A DNA stretch of 64,000 nucleotides, from NCBI GenBank assembly GCA_019358915.1, contig JAHHIM010000014.1, positions 37,574 to 101,573 on the forward strand, written 5' to 3'. Both the position numbers and the translations under genes were made by a program. This document shows positions 59,772-64,000 of the stretch, piece after piece; position 1 is the stretch's first letter; each line of letters opens with the position of its first letter. Below the pieces are notes generated by a model, which made no database searches, was not told the origin of the DNA, and worked only from the letters and a program-made list of their open reading frames with translations. The stretch comes from Trichormus sp. ATA11-4-KO1 (GTDB lineage: Bacteria; Cyanobacteriota; Cyanobacteriia; Cyanobacteriales; Nostocaceae).

Positions 59772-62700
59772 TTATTTTTCTTCGGCATCTTCTACCGCCC
59801 CTAAAGCTTTGAGTGTAGCTATTTGTGCTGCTGTCAATCCTGTCACACCAGTGATATTCATGCCTTCACAGAGTTTAGGCTGTTGCAAAGTTTTTATACA
59901 CTCACCCGTCAACACGTCCCAAACCTTGATTGTCTCATCTTGACTACCACTAGTTAGGGTTTCACCGTTCGGACTAAAAATCATTGCCCGTACCCAACTG
60001 GCTTCCTGTAAAGTTTTGCGACATTGTCCTGTGTCAACATCCCATAACTTGACTGTTTGGTCTTCACTACCACTGGCTAAAGTTTGACCATCTGGACTGA
60101 AAATAACTGACCATACCCGATTAGTATGTCCTTGCAAGGTTTTTAGGCATTTACCTGTGTGAACATCCCATAACTTAACTGTTTGGTCGTCACTGCCACT
60201 AGCTAAGATTTGACCATCTGGGCTGAAAGTTACTGATCTGATGCGATTGCGATGACCTGGCAAGGTTTTGAGGCATTGTCCTGTGTGGACATTCCATAAC
60301 CTCACTCTTTGGTTTTCACTACCGCTAGCTAAAGTTTGACCATCGGGACTGAAAGTTACTGACCTCACCCAACTACTATGTCCGTGTAAGGTCTTGAGGC
60401 ACTTACCTGTGTGAATGTCCCATAACTTGATTGTTTTGTCATCACTGCCACTCGCTAAAGTTTGACCATCTGGGCTAAAAGTTACTGACCTGACCCGATG
60501 GCGATGACCTGGCAAGATTTTGAGGCACTCACCCGTGTGGACATCCCATAACTTCACTGTTTGCTTTTCACTACCGCTAGCTAAAGTTTGACCATCGGGA
60601 CTGAAAATAACTGACCTCACCCAACTGTGATGTGCTTGTATTGTTTTGAGGCACTCACCCGTGTGGACATCGGATAACTTCACTGTTTGCTTTTCGCTAC
60701 CACTGGCTACAGTCTGACCATCTGGACTGAACGCTACTGACCTCACGCGATTGGTATATCCCTGTAAGGTTTTGAGACATTCATCTGTGTGGACGTCCCA
60801 TAGCTTGATGGTTTGGTTTTCACTGCCACTAGCTACAGTCCGACCATCGGGACTAAAGGCTACTGACCTGACCCGATTAGTATGCCCTTGCAAGGTTCTG
60901 AGACATTTACCTGTGTGAACATCCCATAACTTCACTGTTTGGTCATCACTGCTACTAGCTAAAATCTGACCATACTCCTGCGGTGACGTTGGACGAACAG
61001 GACTGAATGCGACTGACCAGACCCGATTGGTATGCCCTTGTAAGGTCTTGAGACATTTACCTGTGTGAACATCCCATAACTTCACCGTTTGGTCTTCACT
61101 ACCACTAGCTAAAATCTCACCATCGGGACTAAATGCTACTGACCTGACCCAGCCATTATGCCCCTGCAAGGTTTTGAGACACTTACCTGTGTGGATGTCC
61201 CATAACTTGATTGTTTGCTTTTCACTACTACTAGCCAAAATCTCACCATCGGGACTAAATGCTACTGACCTAACTCGGTTAGTATGTCCTTGCAGGGTTT
61301 TGAGGCATTCACCCGTGTGAACATCCCATAATTTTACTGTTTGGTCTTCACTACCACTAGCCAAAATCTCACCACTGGGACTAAATGCTACTGACCTCAC
61401 CCAACTGTTATGTCCTTGCAGGGTTTTGAGGCATTGTCCCGTGTGAACATCCCATAATTTTACTGTTTGATCATCACTACCACTAGCCAAAATCTCACCA
61501 TCGGGACTAAATGCTACTGACCTGACCCAAATGCTGTGTCCAGTACAGGTAAACAGTAGCTTGCGATCTTCAACTTGCCATAAATAAGTTTGACCATCAG
61601 CGTCACCTGTAGCCAAAAGTTTGCCATCGGGGCTAAATGCCACAGACGAAATATAAACTAAGTTTTCCGAAAAAACTGACTTAGCTAAATCAGCATTAGT
61701 AAAATTGACATGATGCAAATTCACACCTTGTAAATATGCTTGCCAAACATTTAAATTAGAAAAATTATAGTTTTTTAAGTTAGCCTGTAAATGACAGAGC
61801 ATATTCAGAATATTTCCACCTGCATACCCTGATTCTGCTGAATTTTTTGTTTGTAATTGCGCTAAAATTCGAGATAACTGGTTTTCCAGGTTTCGAGAAT
61901 TTATAAAAATAGTTAATAGTCTATCTACAACTGGTTTAAGAATTAGATTAATTTGATTATTTCTAATAAAATCTTTGGCAGTAGCTTCAATTAAAGGATG
62001 ACTGACAAATAGGACAATTTCTTCTTGAATAATTTCTTGACAAACTGTTTCCACCAATCGCTCAGTCATATACTCCATGACCACAGGTTGGAGTGTGAAG
62101 AGGGCAGCACTTTTTTCAATCAGCGATCGCCTCCGCAGAGATTCCAATGCTTCGAGTAATTCTCTTGTTAATAATGGACTCATAATACTATCTAGCAAAT
62201 TTTCTAGAGAAACTGCCTCTCGTTTAATTGCTAGCCAATATATGAGTTCTTTTTCGATTTCTGATAAACGTTCAAATTGCTGATCTAATAAATTTCGTGT
62301 ATCACCAAAAATTATTTTACCTAAATCAAGAAAAGCAGCAATATCACCACCAAATAACTCCCGAATTGGCTCAGAAACTAGTTTTAATGCTAAAGGATTA
62401 CCTGAATAATTTTCAACTAATTTTGCCCAGTCTTGCTTGGCTCCAAACAGACCTTTATCGTTAAGAATTTCTTGCCCTTCTGTTTCCCCTAAACCAGCTA
62501 AAAATAATGTTCTCACTGGTGATGCTTCACCCTCTAAAGGCACAAATTCTTGAGGTTTTTCCCGTGAAGTCAACACTAAGCAACTTTGATGTACTTCTTC
62601 TCCTACTCGTCTGAATAGGTGACCATAATCTGCATATCCTTCTCTATATTGTCCGGCGCGATCGCCACTTTGCAAAATCGCTTCTGTATTATCTAATACT

Positions 62701-63332
62701 ACAAGACAACGGCGATCGCGCAAATAATTAATTAACAGCGTTACTCTAGCATCTCCGGTTTCTGGTAATCGCGTTTCTCTCTCATCAGATAAAAATTGAA
62801 TTAAGTCTGCTAATAATTCTTTAATAGGTGGAGCATTACGAAGACTCCGCCAAATCAAATACTGAAAATGCTCTTGTACTTCGTCTGCTAATTTTACAGA
62901 AAAAGCCGTTTTGCCAATTCCCCCCATGCCCAATATTGCCACAAGTCGGCAACGATCTTGAACAATCCACTGTTTGAATAGGGAAAGTTCAGGAACCCGT
63001 CCATAAAAAACGCTGATACCAGGAGCTTGTCCCCAATCTTGGGGCTTGTGGACTGTAGGTTTGAGATTTAGCGAAGATACTTGATACTCACTGGCAATCA
63101 CTTGTTGTAACTTAGTGAGTTTTCCTGGTCCACTACCACTAACTTGGAATTTTTTATAAACCTCACTTAATCTTTTGCGTACGGCTTCGGCGCTGATACC
63201 TAATTCTTTGGCGGTTAGATTTGGCGATTTACCCTGAACAGCGTGTAATATCACCTCTAGTTCACTGCTTGACAAGCACCGTTCTTGAGCTAAGTCTAAT
63301 AAAAATTGTTCAGGAACGACACTCATACTCAC
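59772..63332 (-). CDS. HTH-NB-ARC(STAND)-pentapeptide-WD40 protein (14 WD40 repeats)
   Basis: N-terminal HTH ([19 protein letters not shown]), [24 protein letters not shown], 126-bp WD40 repeats. Confidence 0.92.
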   Translation of the reverse strand: MSMSVVPEQFLLDLAQERCLSSSELEVILHAVQGKSPNLTAKELGISAEAVRKRLSEVYKKFQVSGSGPGKLTKLQQVIASEYQVSSLNLKPTVHKPQDWGQAPGISVFYGRVPELSLFKQWIVQDRCRLVAILGMGGIGKTAFSVKLADEVQEHFQYLIWRSLRNAPPIKELLADLIQFLSDERETRLPETGDARVTLLINYLRDRRCLVVLDNTEAILQSGDRAGQYREGYADYGHLFRRVGEEVHQSCLVLTSREKPQEFVPLEGEASPVRTLFLAGLGETEGQEILNDKGLFGAKQDWAKLVENYSGNPLALKLVSEPIRELFGGDIAAFLDLGKIIFGDTRNLLDQQFERLSEIEKELIYWLAIKREAVSLENLLDSIMSPLLTRELLEALESLRRRSLIEKSAALFTLQPVVMEYMTERLVETVCQEIIQEEIVLFVSHPLIEATAKDFIRNNQINLILKPVVDRLLTIFINSRNLENQLSRILAQLQTKNSAESGYAGGNILNMLCHLQANLKNYNFSNLNVWQAYLQGVNLHHVNFTNADLAKSVFSENLVYISSVAFSPDGKLLATGDADGQTYLWQVEDRKLLFTCTGHSIWVRSVAFSPDGEILASGSDDQTVKLWDVHTGQCLKTLQGHNSWVRSVAFSPSGEILASGSEDQTVKLWDVHTGECLKTLQGHTNRVRSVAFSPDGEILASSSEKQTIKLWDIHTGKCLKTLQGHNGWVRSVAFSPDGEILASGSEDQTVKLWDVHTGKCLKTLQGHTNRVWSVAFSPVRPTSPQEYGQILASSSDDQTVKLWDVHTGKCLRTLQGHTNRVRSVAFSPDGRTVASGSENQTIKLWDVHTDECLKTLQGYTNRVRSVAFSPDGQTVASGSEKQTVKLSDVHTGECLKTIQAHHSWVRSVIFSPDGQTLASGSEKQTVKLWDVHTGECLKILPGHRHRVRSVTFSPDGQTLASGSDDKTIKLWDIHTGKCLKTLHGHSSWVRSVTFSPDGQTLASGSENQRVRLWNVHTGQCLKTLPGHRNRIRSVTFSPDGQILASGSDDQTVKLWDVHTGKCLKTLQGHTNRVWSVIFSPDGQTLASGSEDQTVKLWDVDTGQCRKTLQEASWVRAMIFSPNGETLTSGSQDETIKVWDVLTGECIKTLQQPKLCEGMNITGVTGLTAAQIATLKALGAVEDAEEK

Positions 63333-63479
63333 ACCACTTAAAATTCATAGCGAGACGAACTACTAATTTCCCATGTTAACTCACTAGGTGAGAAAGCAAT
63401 ATGTCAAAATTTGATGACTTAATTGCGGACTTTAGCAGGTATTTTACACCTTTTTGGGTAATTTTCTTGATAAGTTACC

Positions 63480-63508
63480 TTGACTAAGTAACTAAGTTAC
63501 TTTACAGT
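63480..63508 (+). promoter_or_regulatory. Sigma70-type promoter with a palindromic spacer
   Basis: TTGACT-[AAGTAACT-A-AGTTACTT]-TACAGT; the 17-bp spacer is a perfect inverted repeat. Confidence 0.65.
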
Positions 63509-63876
63509 GAGTTTAAACCGGAAACTTTAGTAACTTAGTAAGATTACGGTTGATTTACAAAAGAGTTTGTGGTTAAGCACGTGAAGGCTAAGACTGGAAC
63601 TATTCATGATCCGTAGGTATTAAAATTTAGGGATTGATGCGCGGAGTCTGTGTTCTGCGCCATTACGCGCATGAAGCACCTAAGTTCGATGTCCAAATTA
63701 ACCTGGTAATTGATCTAAAACAATCATTTCCATCATCTGTAAATAAAAACCATTGTGGGTGAGCATTTCACCTGGCATTAGGTTTAACGAAACTGCTGTA
63801 TACCTTGACTGGCGGGGAGTAACGCTGTTGGTATTTGCTCCTTATTTAGAGTAGTCGGGGGTACGCTTGCGCCTTA

Positions 63877-64000
63877 GAGGGTGTTTGAAAAGTCAGAAAG
63901 GTTGTAAAAAAGCTCTCTCAGTATAAGCTGTGAATGAATAGTAAACAGCACCGAGAGAGTGACATGAGTAAAGCTTACCCCAGCAATTTGACCCGTGAGC
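63877..64000 (+). mobile_element. Left end of an IS5-family (IS1031-like) insertion sequence
   Basis: GAGGGTGTTTGAAAAGT terminal repeat after TTA; transposase start MSKAYPSNLTRE at 63964 (partial). Confidence 0.82.

Noticed and set aside
59860..61660. Long regularly spaced direct repeats (possible CRISPR array or DGR template)
   Set aside because: They are in-frame 126-bp WD40 coding repeats with no unique spacers; no cas or reverse transcriptase gene is in the window
63637..63762. 41-codon ORF (MRGVCVLRHY...) upstream of the IS
   Set aside because: No recognisable motif or composition; cannot be supported as coding

Overview
Chromosomal window from a heterocyst-forming filamentous cyanobacterium (Nostocales-like). 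The evidence is abundant HIP1 sites (GCGATCGC), STRR-type heptamer repeats, nblS and an HstK-type hybrid kinase. Housekeeping genes are purD, nblS, dnaB (intein-free), rplI, gloB, a DAHP synthase, rpe, uvrB, ftsX and def. Accessory content includes a HIP1-flanked BrnT/BrnA toxin-antitoxin pair, two Uma2 genes and an ~10 kb glycosyltransferase/ABC-exporter cluster. It also includes a TetR-linked carbonyl/electrophile detox cluster, an RND pump behind a truncated TetR, an HTH-NB-ARC-WD40 STAND protein and the left end of an IS5-family element. The most striking unannotated signal is the ~370-nt leader of the DAHP synthase gene (44378-44783). It holds TWO consecutive attenuator-like modules, each with its own aromatic-rich leader peptide (MFSSNHYFYFWFQAVHWE and MMTYSSSWFYGFYFWPRASSG), antiterminator and intrinsic terminator. 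The downstream DAHP synthase lacks an allosteric regulatory domain. All calls come from reading the sequence and known motifs; no database search was run.
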